A DNA stretch of 64,000 nt from Dictyostelium discoideum (lineage: Eukaryota), in the NCBI GenBank assembly GCA_000004695.1, contig CM000154.2:832001-896000 (forward strand), written 5' to 3'. Positions 27,607 through 40,232 of the stretch are shown here, one piece after another (positions within the stretch are counted from its first letter, which is position 1; every line of letters begins with the position of its first letter). The notes below the pieces were generated by a model, which saw only the letters and a program-made list of their open reading frames with translations, did not search any database and was not told the origin of the DNA. The position numbers were made by a program, and so were the translations under genes.

Positions 27607-29202
27607 AACATACAAATAATTTAAATAAAGTCAATGATAACATCAAACACAATGAAGATAATAAAAAAAAAGATTATGTTAATAATGAAAAAACAAAAGA
27701 AATAAACCCACACTCAATTATTCACACAAATACAAATACAAATACAAGCATACATACAAATACAAATACAAATACAAATACAAATACAAATACAAATACA
27801 AATACAAATACAAATACAAATACAAATACAAATACAAGCATTCATACAAATACAAATACAAATATACATACAAATACAACGACAACTGAAAAATTAAATA
27901 ATCGTCATAGTAATCATTATAGTGGTAATTTTATAATTGCACAATATCATATAATTGAAAGATATTTAAAGAATTTTGTACATGATGGTGTTGAGAGATG
28001 GAATTTAAAGATTCAACAAATTAGAGATATTATAAAAGAACTATATAAGAATCCAATTGATTTGGATTTCGGAGATCTTAATATTAGTATGGATGAAGAA
28101 TCATTGTATTCAAATTCATCCTCTGATAAATTATTAAACACTTATTCAATTGAAGAATTGGAATCCTATTTCGATAAATTTGGTATAAAACAACAATTAT
28201 CATCAAGAGGTTATAATCATCCAAAAATAATTGTAGATTTCACTGACCCATTCGTACATAGACTCGAAGTTACTGATTCAATATCAACAACAACAACCAC
28301 AACTACTACTATAAACTCACCAAATAGTAATAGTAATACAGATCATATTTTAATTGATATATTTATAAGAAGAAAAGAATTTTATATTTATGAATTATTA
28401 GAGGAGAAGAAAAAACATGATAATAGTAGTGATAGAAATATTGGACCACCTTCAAATGTTGATCAAAGATATGTACCAAATTTTAAGATGATGAATGGTA
28501 CTAAATTATTTGAATGGGTAGATTTACATCCAACTGAACCAGTTTTAAAACAAATTGATTATCCAATTAAATCAACAGTTATCGAATGGTTATGTTTACA
28601 AGATCCAAGTAAACCATTCTCTGAAACTAGACCACCTTTACCTGGTCAACAACATTCAGGTTTGGGTGTAACAAAACAAATTAATAATCTATTAGTACAT
28701 TTAGCAACTATTCAAAATAGGGATTGCCTATTAAATAAACCATTTAGATTTTATAATGCTTTCTTTTATCAAACAAGAGTAAATAATAATATAAATAATA
28801 TAAATAATATAAATATATATATTTTTTTATAATCTTTTTTCTAAAATTTTTTTTTTTTTTTTTTTTTTTATTTTTTAAAAATACTATTAATAGGAATACT
28901 TTTATATTGATCCAGGAGTTCAAGCAATATTTTTAAGTTTATTAAATGATATTGAAGAATCAATTAGTAAATTTGGATTAGCACCAATTTCATGGGCATT
29001 CGAGTTTGGTTGTGTTAAAGAGAAAGCAACTGGAAACACTGTTAAATGGGAATTCCATAAACAAATTAAACCAATCTCACCGAGAATGAAAAATTATTTT
29101 AAAAGTAAACTTTATATTAAATCAGTTCAAGATAATATGAGACCTATGGGTACTTTTTATATTGATTGGTCTGGTCATCCATCATTATCTCATTTTGTAT
29201 AA
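27603..29202 (+). CDS. conserved hypothetical protein with an N-terminal (Thr-Asn)n repeat, 2 exons (27603-28778, 28894-29202)
   Basis: ATG at 27603. An (ACAAAT)n hexamer at 27730-27880 encodes (TN)n. The non-repetitive body reads ...HPKIIVDFTDPFVHRLEV...LFEWVDLHPTEPVL...GLGVTKQINNLLVHLATIQNRDCLLNKPFRFYNAFFYQTR. Donor GTAAAT at 28779; acceptor attaatAG at 28892-93. Exon 2 is EYFYIDPGVQAIFLSLLNDIEE...GNTVKWEFHKQIKP...FYIDWSGHPSLSHFV*. No family recognised. Confidence 0.6.
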
Positions 29203-29261
29203 ATTTATAAATTAATTATTTATCATCATTTCCCTCCCCTCCTCTTCCTTTCCCCCTCCCC

Positions 29262-29292
<31 letters not shown>

Positions 29293-29719
29293 CCAAATCG
29301 AACAAAAAAAAAAAAAAAAAAAAAATATTAATAGATAAATAAATAATAATTAACTTTTAAATATATAATATATATTATTTTTTAAAAATAAAAATAAAAA
29401 AAAAATCAAACGTTTTATTTTTTTTTATTTTTATTTTTAAATCAAAGGGTGATAATTATTTTTAAATTTTAAAATTTTTTTTTTTTTATTTTTTTTGTGA
29501 GATTTGGAAGATATTTTTTTTTTTTTTTTTTTCCCAACAACAATAATGTTTAATTTTTTTTTTTTTTTTCTTCAATTTAAATTTTTAATTTTTTTATTTT
29601 TATTTTTTTTATTTTCACTTTCATTCTCCTATATGTATTTATAATAGATAAAGATAATATTTTTAATTAATTAGCTTTGTAAAAAAAAAAAAAAAATAAA
29701 AAAAATAAAAATAAAAAAA

Positions 29720-31096
29720 ATGTCAACACCAATGGAAATTAAAGAAAAAGAAGATAGAGGAGAATATTTATTTTTTAAAGTTTTTAGAAATAAAGTTATA
29801 AGAACAGTTATATTCAAATTTATAGAAGGTACAGGATGGAAATATTCAAATATTTTATCAGCATTATGGATGATGAATAATAAACATTTTGAATTATTTA
29901 AAGATAAATTAAGAACTCATAGTGATATTGATTATTCAATAGATTCATATATTAAAGTTGTGGAAATGATTGAAGATATGGATATTTTCTTATTGTTTAT
30001 GCAAGATGTAATCAAAAGGATTACAATAGCATCATTAGCATTTAAAGAGAAAGAAAAGTTGGTACCATTCATTGATTATTTAGCAAGTTTTGGTAAATTG
30101 GAATTCATTAAATACATTGAAACTCATTATGGAGATAATAAAAAAGTTATATATACAGAGAGTCCAATTGATTGCGCATGTTTATCAGGTTCACTTGAAT
30201 GTTTAAAATATTTAGAAGAGAAATATACCAAATGTACAACCAAAGCATTGGATAATGCTTCAAAGAATGGTCATTTAGAAATGGTTAAATATCTATTGGA
30301 AAATAGAACCGAAGGTGGTGAGCATGCTCTATCATTGGCAATTGAAAATGGTCATTTAGAGGTGGTCAGATATTTAACTGCCCACGATAGCACCTTAAAA
30401 ACTACTGAACAAAGTTGGAATAAAGCCGCAGAGAATGGTCTTTTGGAAATGTGTAAATATTTACATGAGAATAGAAAAGAGGGATTCACAGTATTCGCCG
30501 TTGATAAAGCAGCCCAAAAAGGTCATTTACAAGTGGTTAAATTCTTATTGGAGAATAGAGACGAGGGTTGCACTGCCACCGCATTAAGTTTGGCCGCAAA
30601 GTATAATCATGAAGAGATTTGTAAATATCTAATAGACGTAAATGCACCAATCAATAGTAACAGTATTTGTAATGCTGCTTTGGCTGGTAATACAAATTTG
30701 GTTAATTATATTCATTCTAAAACAAGTTATCGTGTCTCTGCAAATGCATTCAGTTATGTTTGTCTTAATGGTGATTTTGAAATGGTCAAATGTTTATCTC
30801 AATTGGATACTCCAATGACTTGTTCTGCCTATGAAAAAGCTGCTCAAAATGGTCATTTCAAAATCGTTGAATTCCTTCATTTCTCTCGTCCAAAAGATGT
30901 CTCTTCACCTCAAGCTGCAAATTTAGCTGCTCAATTCAATCACTATCAAACCCTTTGTTTCCTTATAAAATATCGTCCTGAATCCAATCTTCATACCGCT
31001 TTAAAAGCCGCAACTGATAATAAAAATGAAAAAATTATAAAATTCTTAAATAATGCAATTGCTGATCCAAAATCATTACAATCAATGGTTATTTAA
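29720..31096 (+). CDS. ankyrin-repeat protein, single exon
   Basis: 458-aa ORF. At least six tandem ~33-aa ANK-like units with the pattern A(L/A)xxAAxNGHLE(V/M)VK(Y/F)LLENR. Confidence 0.85.
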   Translation: MSTPMEIKEKEDRGEYLFFKVFRNKVIRTVIFKFIEGTGWKYSNILSALWMMNNKHFELFKDKLRTHSDIDYSIDSYIKVVEMIEDMDIFLLFMQDVIKRITIASLAFKEKEKLVPFIDYLASFGKLEFIKYIETHYGDNKKVIYTESPIDCACLSGSLECLKYLEEKYTKCTTKALDNASKNGHLEMVKYLLENRTEGGEHALSLAIENGHLEVVRYLTAHDSTLKTTEQSWNKAAENGLLEMCKYLHENRKEGFTVFAVDKAAQKGHLQVVKFLLENRDEGCTATALSLAAKYNHEEICKYLIDVNAPINSNSICNAALAGNTNLVNYIHSKTSYRVSANAFSYVCLNGDFEMVKCLSQLDTPMTCSAYEKAAQNGHFKIVEFLHFSRPKDVSSPQAANLAAQFNHYQTLCFLIKYRPESNLHTALKAATDNKNEKIIKFLNNAIADPKSLQSMVI

Positions 31097-31433
31097 TAAA
31101 AAAATAAAATAAATAAAAATAGAAATAATTTAAGTTATAACCCACTATTTTGGGAACTGGAATTTAAAAATATTATTTTTTTTTTTTTTTTTTAAAAAAT
31201 TTCACTTTTTTTTCTTTTTTCAGAACACTTTAGTTTTGTGATCACAAAAACATTCAATTTTTTTTTTTCTTCTTTCAAGTAAATATATATAAATAATAAT
31301 TTCATAAATGTAAAAAAAAAAAAAACAATTTCTTTTTTTTATTAAAAGATAGAAAAAAAAGATTTAAAATAAAATTATAAAAAAAAAAAGAAATTTCTTT
31401 ATTAATTTTCTTTTCTTTTCTTTTATAAAAGGA

Positions 31434-32128
31434 ATGATATAGATTATAATAAAGATTTATATAATTTAGAAGAATTATTAAGAAAAACTAAAAGTGAAGA
31501 TGATGATGATGATAATGATGATAATTTTGATGAAGAAATAAATAATTCAAAGATATGTAATGAAATTAAAAGATTATTATCAAAAAAAGAAGGTTCAAAA
31601 TTAATATATGTATTAGAAGAAATGGATTATAATGATGAAGATGAACCATTTAATTCATTGATTGGCATTGATAAATTAATTGGTGATAAATTAATTAAAG
31701 CTTCAAAACAATTAAATCTTTCATTATACATGTCAACTTTAGTAATTAAAGAGAATAGATTCATTGAGGATCCAAAAAATGTTGATTTTCAACAAGATCT
31801 AAAAGAATGGGATAATTATGATTTCGATTCATTCTTAATTAATTTCTTTGATTTAAATAATGAACTTTGGGAAGAAATGATAATGAATACATTGGAATTT
31901 GATGAAGTTTTACCTGGTGGTTCTTTAAGTGAAATAGAGAATCACTTGTATAAAAAAAAGTTACCGTTTCATTATCAATCTCAAATTACTCAACAATTAT
32001 TTTATAAAGTTTCAAGTTTTGTCTTTTTTAATTCTTCTGAAAAATCAACTATAATTGAAAAATATTGTTCAAAAAATTCAATAAAAGAAAGAGAATTAAA
32101 TAAATTAAAACAAGAAATAAATAAATAA
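31434..32128 (+). CDS. hypothetical acidic protein; annotated Met at 31622, but the frame is open from an acceptor-like site at 31433
   Basis: ORF-track CDS is 31622..32128 (168 aa). The in-frame upstream segment NDIDYNKDLYNLEELLRKTKSEDDDDDNDDNFDEEINNSKICNEIKRLLSKKEGSKLIYVLEE has coding-like codon usage. It is preceded by cttttcttttataaaAG, so upstream exon(s) are possible but were not found. Confidence 0.45.
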
Positions 32129-32290
32129 AAAAAAATAAAAATATATATTAAACTTTATTTTATTTATTTTTTCATTAATTTTTTATTTTATTTACATCAC
32201 TATTTTTTTTTTTTTTTTTTATACTTTTTTTTTGTACATTTAATTATATTAATAAAATAACACTTAAAATTATTAATAATAAATTATCAA

Positions 32291-34150
32291 TTATAGTAGA
32301 TCTTGATTAGATTCATATTGATTTGGGTGAATAATATTCCATTCTCCTTCTCTATTTAAATGTTCCAAGTTTTTAAACATATTTTTACCAGAGAGAGCAA
32401 ATGAGGTTGTTGTTGGTGGAGTGGTTGTAGTAGTTGTTGTGGTGGTGGTGGTGGTGATTTTTGATGGGGAAGTTATGGTTAAAGTTGGGGTTAAATTAGG
32501 TGATGGTGATGGTGATGTTGAAGATTGACCAATTTCACATACAATTCTTTCTTGTGGTGGTGATTCACATTGCATTGGAGATGAATTTGGAGTTGGTGAA
32601 TCACTTCTATACTTATTTGATCCAATTAATAATTTGGGTGAATTACTTAATGGTATATTGGGTGCTGATTGAGTCATATTAATACCTTTATACCAATAAA
32701 AGCTTGGGGAATTTTGAATTGGTGATGCACTAAATTCTCCATTACTTCCACTACTTATATTTGTGTTTGAGGTAGATGTTTTAATTAAAACTGGAACTGA
32801 TTGAGATGAAGAGTTTAATTGTTGTGGAGAGGTTGGTCTTTTATTTTTAAGGTATTGTTGTTTTTGTTTCTTCTTTACTTCTAATGGATCGTCGTTCTCT
32901 ACCAATATGAATTTATTCATACTCTTATCACCAAAATGAATATTAAACTTTTCTTTTACATATTTTTCAAATAGTTCTGGTATAACCTTTTCACCAGAAA
33001 TTGTTGAACCACCAATGATACCACTGGATGAATTATTATTATTGGTACCATTATTCATTTCTAAACTAAACATATTTAAACCAGAGAACCACATTTTATA
33101 TTGTTTTGAAAAATCTCCATGATTACTCTTTTTATATTGATTATATAAATCCTCACTAATAATTTGACCAATAATCTTTAAATTTCTTCCTGGAGCTCTT
33201 GGACTAATTATTCTTCCTATTAATGAATTTGTAAAAGTTGATATTTTTTCATACATAAATTGATTATATTCAAATGGTTCTCCTAAATTACTAAAATAAA
33301 GATATGATGTATCTTTTTTTTTTTTTTTTTTTTTTTTTTATTGGTAAAAAAAAGTTTTTTAAAACTTATAAATATAAATAAAAAAATCTTACTTTTACTT
33401 TCTTTAAATTGGTCCTCAACCTCTTTGGTATATTTTTTAAAGACAGGAATATATGGGTCAATTTGAGAGTCATCATTTAATCTACAACAGTCTAAGATGA
33501 ATAATTTTCTAAATGAAGCCTTTAAATCAAATAATTTCAAAGAACCACTTTCAATTTCTTTTTCTCTAATTTCTAACATTTCTACAATCTCATTCAAACT
33601 TAAATATAATTTTTTTGATTTACTTTTTAAATTATTTTCCAATTCAAATTCAATTCCATTTTCTAAATAAAATTAATTTGAATATTTTCAAATCATTTTA
33701 TTTTTATTTTTTTTTATTTTTTATTTAATTATTTAGTTATTTTTTTATTTGTTAAAAATAAATTTAATTTATAAATGTTTTATTTAAAATAAAAGAATAT
33801 ATTATTAGTATTGCTTGTTTAAAATATATTATGAAAAAAAAAATAAAATAAAAATAAAAAAATTTTACTTTTAGAAATAGAAAAACCACTATAATAAAAT
33901 ATGAAATCAATATTGGTGTCAGTGAATTTGAACGAGTTTAAATATTCTTGAAATTTCTTTTTTAAATTTTGTTCATTTAAAACTAAAGTGCATTGATAAC
34001 CACACTTGCTCTCAAGAGCTTCTGAAATTCTTTTTGCATCATTATCAAAATGTATTGAACCACTATAATTGTTTCCAACCACAAAAGCTTTTTTTATTTT
34101 AATATTTTTATAATTCTCCTATTATTATAATTAAATCCAATATTAATAAA

Positions 34151-34186
<36 letters not shown>

Positions 34187-34312
34187 CCTCTAATTTGTGA
34201 TTTATTTTCCAAAAAATTATTTTCGCCGGGGGAATTTTCAAAGAAATCCCACTCATCAGGAACATGTCTAGAAAATTGACGGTTTAAATTAATTTCATTT
34301 TTATTTATATCC
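32291..34312 (-). CDS. pcp: paracaspase-like peptidase C14 gene, at least 4 exons (?34312-~34186; 34118-33887; 33662-~33366; ~33263-32291)
   Basis: Exon B encodes [44 protein letters not shown]...[13 protein letters not shown]. Exon C encodes [11 protein letters not shown]...[25 protein letters not shown]. By recall these resemble MALT1 (KVALLIGNMNY... LLYYAGHGYENFGNSF... VFLLDMCRKRND). Exon D is a long S/T/P-rich tail ending in a T-run. Introns are AT-rich with tttAG acceptors. The donor of the first exon is not canonical. Confidence 0.6.
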
Positions 34313-35360
34313 ATTTTTTTTAATTTTTTTTTAAATTTTTTTTTTTTTGTCAATCCTTTTTTTTAAAATATATCCAATAAAAACCAACAAATAAAAAAAA
34401 AAAAGATAATTATTTCTATTACTTTATAAAAAAAAAAAAAAAAATGAAAATGATGGCAAATCAAAAAAAAAAAAAAAAAAAAAATCAATTTTATAGTTTT
34501 CAAAAAAAAAAAATGAAAATTCATTTATCTCTAAAAAAACAAAAATTTTGGTTTATTTCCTGAATTAAAAAATATCTTTTATTTGTTAGTGTTTTTTTTG
34601 TTTTTCTGGGTTTTGAAAATAATACCACTTCAAAAGATATTTATTGATGGTAAAGTTCCAAAAAAAAATTTTATTATTATTATAAAAACAGCAAATAACT
34701 GAAGAAAAAAAAAAAAAATAATATTAATAAAAAAAAAAAAAATTGAAAAATCATATGGAATTTGTCGTGGTAAAAAAAAGTGGCCAATTAAAAAAAATGA
34801 GCATGTGAGCTATTACTAAATTTAACAACAAATTATATTCAAAGTATTTGTGTTATGTACAAAAAACCTATTTTTTGGAAAATTTTTCCCCCTTTCTTAA
34901 TAAAAAAAAAAAATAATCTCATTTATAATTGTTAACACCAAAAAAAAAAAAAAAAATAAAAAAAATCCCTTTTAATTGGCGAATAATTATTTAAAATAAA
35001 AAAAATTATTAAAAAGGAAAATACTTTTAAAAAAACAAAAAAAAATAAAAAAAAAAAAAAAAGATTAACAAATATCTTTTTTTTTTTTTTTTTTAGTATA
35101 AAGCAACTTACACAAAGAAGGGTTATAATTTTAATGATTATTGTTAATATGAAAGATATTTTTATTTTTATTTTTTTGAATTAAATAAATTATTTTATTT
35201 TATTTTATTTTTTTTTATTTTTTTATTTTTTTTTTTTTCCAATCACTTTTTTTTTTTTTTCTTTGTAAATTTAGTTGGTTCAATTCAATTGGTAATTATT
35301 TATTATTTTGAATTTATTTTTTTTTTTTTTTGAATTTTTTTTTTTTTTTTTCTTTATAAA

Positions 35361-36495
35361 TTAAGTTGATTCATCCAATTGATCATTATCTTCAATTCGT
35401 AATTTTTGATCTAAATACATTGAAAACATAAGAGTTTTAGTGAATTCGTCAATCCATTGATGATGTTCCTCTTCAGGATATTCAGTGAACATGAAAGATT
35501 CTTTAACGAAAACTGAGATTGTTTTTTGATGAGTGACATTTCTAACACAATGTCTTTTAAAGTTATCGAATAAACCAGAGATATGATTATTGATTGCTGA
35601 TACAAAAGGTTGAAGTTTTAATTCTTGTTCTTCAGTTGGTATGAAAGAAGTTGTTGGAGATGAGAAACCCTTATTTTTATTTACAGTTAATGATGTTTTA
35701 ATATCTTTTTGAGCGATGGTCAATACATTCAATAGATCTTGCCAATGTGGGAATAACATTATTTTTTGATTACCTTGTTGTAGTTTTCCAGTATCAATAT
35801 CATATTGTACTATATCACTATAATCAACATCCTTTGGTACATCTGTTAACCCAATTATATATGGTACTGGTGCCGATAATAAATCAACAATTGATAATGA
35901 TGATACTGAATTTGGTAATAATGGTAAAATAACTGATTGATAATTAAATGGTGATAATAATGATAATACTGTAAATCTAAATAAATAATTAATTAATAAT
36001 TTAATGATTTAATAATAATTTAATAATTAGTACTCTAATTAAACTTACATAACAGAAGTTAATGACCTAATTGTTTTTGAATAAAATATAACTTTTTTCT
36101 CTAGTAAAATTGCATTTAAAATAACAATTAAAATTTTAGGTTGTACTAATTGAACCGTTGTAAATAAACCATATTTTAACATATAATCACTATAATCAAT
36201 CATTTGAGAATCTTGTTTAGTTTGTTTTGCACCTCTTTTAAAAGTGATCTTTTGTTCTAAACTTGAAATATTATATGAAATGGTTTCACCAATGTTTGGA
36301 ATTTGTTGATTATAGAAATATTCTATTAATTCTAAGATTGGTCTTTCTCTAACTTTAAAATTTGAATTATTAACTAATGGATCCTCAATAACATTTCCTG
36401 TTGGTAAAGTTTTATTTGGTGTTTTTACTTTTGCTAATGTTGTTGTATTATCATTTGAATCTGTAATTGTTAATGTTGTAACTCCTGAACTAATT

Positions 36496-36530
<35 letters not shown>

Positions 36531-37571
36531 TGTATTTGTATTTGTGGTAGTGGTAGTAGTAGTTGTTGTAGGTTTTTGTTGTAAAGGTGATGAACTTGAA
36601 GAAATTGATTGTTTTCTATTTTTTCTACTTGAAATTGACATTAAATTTTGAAATTTTGTAATTTCTTGCATATGTTGAAGTGATAGTACACCAGAGATAA
36701 TATCAAAATGTAATGGAAAGAAAGGATATTTAGTGAGTATACAAAAACATCTTGGTGAAGTATGAACTAAATCACCAACTTGTGGTATACTTTCATCGGG
36801 ACAAGGTTCATCATTAATGTCAACCTCAAATTTTTCACCCTTGATGATAGTGCCAATTGAAGATATTTTAGTAGTACAAACTCCGTAAAGAACATCTTTT
36901 TTCTCATCTGTTAACATGAAAACGAATGAATCCTCTGGTTGTTTTAAATGTTTCTGTGGGTATAATACTTGAAATAGATTGGTGTGTGATGCAGTTTGTG
37001 ATACTGAGCTTACAGCAACACCATTTGGAAATGGGAAAAACTCAACTGATAATCCATCCAATGGTTTATCAGGTGGATATTGGTACAGTATTTTTGGTTG
37101 TTCTATTTTATTAAATGTTGGTTGTGGTGGTGTTGGTGCTGATGTTGATGATGACGATACTGATGTTGATGATCCCGCTAAATTTGACGTTGGTGTTGAT
37201 GATGGTGGTGGTGTGGTAGACCCTATAGATGTTGGTAATGTTGTATTGGGTGAAGAAGATCTTAATAAAGGTGGTTTTGAACTTGTTAATGGTGGTGATG
37301 ACGATGATGATGCTAATGATGATGTTTGTGTCGGTGATGTTGATAAACCAACTGTACTTGTACCCTCGATTGGTGGTACTCCAATTATAATGAAAAATTC
37401 AAATAATCTTGGTCTATCTATATGTCCTGTTGATTTTCTTCTTACGCCACTATGTAAACTACGACTTAACTTTTCATCATTTGTAAGTGCTTCAACATCA
37501 ATCGTTATATCCATCTGTTTTCTACCTGATGGTGTCCTTCTATGACTTTTTACAAATGGTATTGATTGCAT
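35361..37571 (-). CDS. DENN-domain protein (uDENN-DENN-dDENN), 2 exons (37571-36049, 35976-35361)
   Basis: uDENN-like RLFEFFIIIGVPP; DENN core SPRCFCILTKYPFFPLHFDIISGVL and PKILIVILNAILLEKKVIFYSKTIRSLTSV. Donor GTAAGT at 36048; the 70-bp AT-rich intron ends ttatttAG at 35977-78. Exon 2 reads (I)FTVLSLLSPFNYQSVILPLLP...APVPYIIGLTDVP..., typical of the DENN/dDENN continuation. Confidence 0.75.
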
Positions 37572-37944
37572 TTTATTATTTATTATTTATAATTTATTTA
37601 TTTATTTATTATTTATTTATTATTATTTAATATTATTTTTATTACTTTTAGGATTTATTCCTAAAATATATATATTGTATTCTATAGTTTTATTTATATG
37701 TTACTATTTGAAAAAAAAAAATAAAAAATAATGATAATAAAATAATAATATATATTTTATTTTAATTTTTTTTATAATTTTTTTTTATTTTATTTTTTTA
37801 CTAGCTGTTAATGTGTCTGAAAATAATAATTAAAAGAATAAAGAAAAATTATTATAATAAAAACACAACAAAAAAAGCAAATTAATGTGTTATTTTGGGA
37901 ACATCTGAAATTTAAAATAATATGTGTTGTGTGTTGAGTTTGTT

Positions 37945-37978
<34 letters not shown>

Positions 37979-38462
37979 TTTTTTTTTATTTTTTTTATTT
38001 TTTTTTATTTTTTTTTTGTAAATTTTGATCGACTTTTTCTTTTTTTTTATTTTTGTTATTTTTTTTTTTTGTAGTTTTGAGATCTAGATCTCATAAAGCC
38101 AAAAAAAAAAAAAAAAATTTGATGTTTAATTCCAAACCATCTTAATTTAAAAATATTATCAAAAAAAAAAAAAAACCAATATTTTTTTTTAAACAAAATT
38201 TGAAATAATTTTTAATATTAAAAAAAAAATAAATAAAAAACTCAATTCAAATTAAAATTAATTAAAAAATAGATAATATTAGATAATTATTCATTTTAAA
38301 TTATTTTGTTAAAAAATGAATTATATCTCATATTATTATTATTTTTTTTTTTTTTTTTGGGTAATTTTTTTTTTTAAAAAAATAATAATAATAAAAACAA
38401 TAAATAATAATTTTTTTTTATTTTTTTAAAATTTGTATTTAAGATTGTTGTGATTTTAAAAT

Positions 38463-38732
38463 TTAAATTACTTTCAAAGATGCTTCAATGTGAGAAGTTG
38501 CACTTAACAATGCTAAATAAGTCATTAAATTAAATTTTACTACCCTTGTCAATAATAAATTTTTTACACCATATAATTTTTCAATTTCACCACCTTTATC
38601 ATTTGATAGAGTAAATGGTAATTTATATTTTGTTGAAAATTTAGAATGACTCTCAGAATCATCACTACTAATACCCACAACATCCACACCAACAACCTGG
38701 TGCTTGGTCTCCAATGTTTAATTTTTTTCCAT
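38463..38732 (-). pseudogene. peroxiredoxin Q / BCP-like fragment missing the catalytic core (probable pseudogene)
   Basis: ATG at 38732 encodes MEKKLNIGDQAPG (a PrxQ-like N-terminus). It is followed immediately, in a different frame, by VVGVDVVGISSDDSESHSKFSTKYKLPFTLSNDKGGEIEKLYGV (PrxQ-like C-terminal half). The ~60 aa that would carry the TPGCT peroxidatic Cys are absent. The C-terminus is also truncated. Confidence 0.45.
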
Positions 38733-39081
38733 AAATTTGACCTTATTAATATTTTTAAAAAAATAATTAATAGAAGCAAAGAAGCCAGGATTTTTACAAA
38801 TTTCTTTGAAGTTTAAAAAAAAAATGATTTAAAGTTGGACGAAATAAAAAAAATAAAAAAGATAAATAAAAATAAATAAAAATAAAAATAAAACATTTTC
38901 AATTCTTTTTTTTTTAAAATTTTTCAAATAATTTATTTATAAATCTAAGTATATATCTATAAAGATAAAAATGAATTTTTTAAAATTTTTATTTTTTTTT
39001 ATTTTTATTTTTTTTATTTTTTTTTATTATTTTTTTTTTTTTATTATTTTATTTTTTTTTTTTTAATAATTATTTATTAAA

Positions 39082-40062
39082 TTAATTATCAAAAACTGTA
39101 TCAACTTCACTTGGTTCAATGAAAGAGATTTTTTGTCTTTCTTCAGCTTTACCTTTTTGATATTTTCTTTTAATGTATTTATTTGCTTTTGAAAGTTTAT
39201 GATCGGAACGAGTATTATTTGGAGAGACATAATTTGGATTTGAGTAAAGAACACTACCACCGAAACCATCAGAGAAGATTTTATCGATATGCATGATCAT
39301 TCTTGGACCGATTTCAGTGAGTAAAGAATCCTTTTTAAATTCTTGATCAGAGATTTGATAATTTCTAAACCAAATACGACCATCTTGATAAAAGAAAGAG
39401 AAAACGTGGTCAAAGAAAGGTTTGGATTTGACATGTCCCTTTGGAGTGCTATAGATTTGAGTGATCAATTCTTTGATTAATTGGAGGTGTACCTCGGAAT
39501 CGAATGATTTATCGAAATGGAGGAATGGACGACTACCCTTCAAACAATTACCAGTCATTTGTAATTCGTCCAATGTGTGAACGTTGGTAATGTGGAATTT
39601 CACTGTTGGACCCAATGGTGTTTTTGCCATCCAAAGGAAACAATCTGTACCTTTTCTAACATCAAATAGTATTGCATAATTACATGATTTCATTTCACAT
39701 GTTTCATTAATTAATGATAATGTCTTTCTATCATCAATTTTATCCTCTTTCTTTGAATGTGGAATTAATGATATTAAATCTGCCATTAAATGACGATACT
39801 TTGATCCAATACCACGTGTTGATGTAAATAATACTCTTTTCTTTGTATAAATTGATTGATCTTTTTTATTTTCTTCTATATTTTTATTTTCCTCCTCAAC
39901 TTCTTCTTCTTCCTCCTCTGATTCCTCTTCTACAATTTCTTCTTCTTCCTCTGATCCTTCTTGTTCAATAATTTCTTCATCTGATTCTTCTTCAACAACT
40001 GGTTCAGCAACTGGTTCTGTTCTTTTTTTAATTTTTTCAAGAATTTTACTTGGTTTTACCAT
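39082..40062 (-). CDS. ribosome biogenesis protein BRX1 (Brix domain), single exon
   Basis: 326-aa ORF with an acidic N-terminus. Brix-domain hallmarks: RVLFTSTRGIGSKYRHLMADLISLIPHSKK, INETCEMKSCNYAILFDVRKGTDCFLW, LKGSRPFLHFD, DGRIWFRNYQI. Confidence 0.9.
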   Translation of the reverse strand: MVKPSKILEKIKKRTEPVAEPVVEEESDEEIIEQEGSEEEEEIVEEESEEEEEEVEEENKNIEENKKDQSIYTKKRVLFTSTRGIGSKYRHLMADLISLIPHSKKEDKIDDRKTLSLINETCEMKSCNYAILFDVRKGTDCFLWMAKTPLGPTVKFHITNVHTLDELQMTGNCLKGSRPFLHFDKSFDSEVHLQLIKELITQIYSTPKGHVKSKPFFDHVFSFFYQDGRIWFRNYQISDQEFKKDSLLTEIGPRMIMHIDKIFSDGFGGSVLYSNPNYVSPNNTRSDHKLSKANKYIKRKYQKGKAEERQKISFIEPSEVDTVFDN

Positions 40063-40200
40063 TTTTTTATTATTATTATTATTAGAGAGTTATATAAATA
40101 AATATAAATATATACAAATAAATAATAAATAAAAAAAAAAAAGTATTAAAAATAAAAAATAAAAATTAATGAAAAAAAAAAAAAAAAATTTTCAACTTTC

Positions 40201-40232
<32 letters not shown>

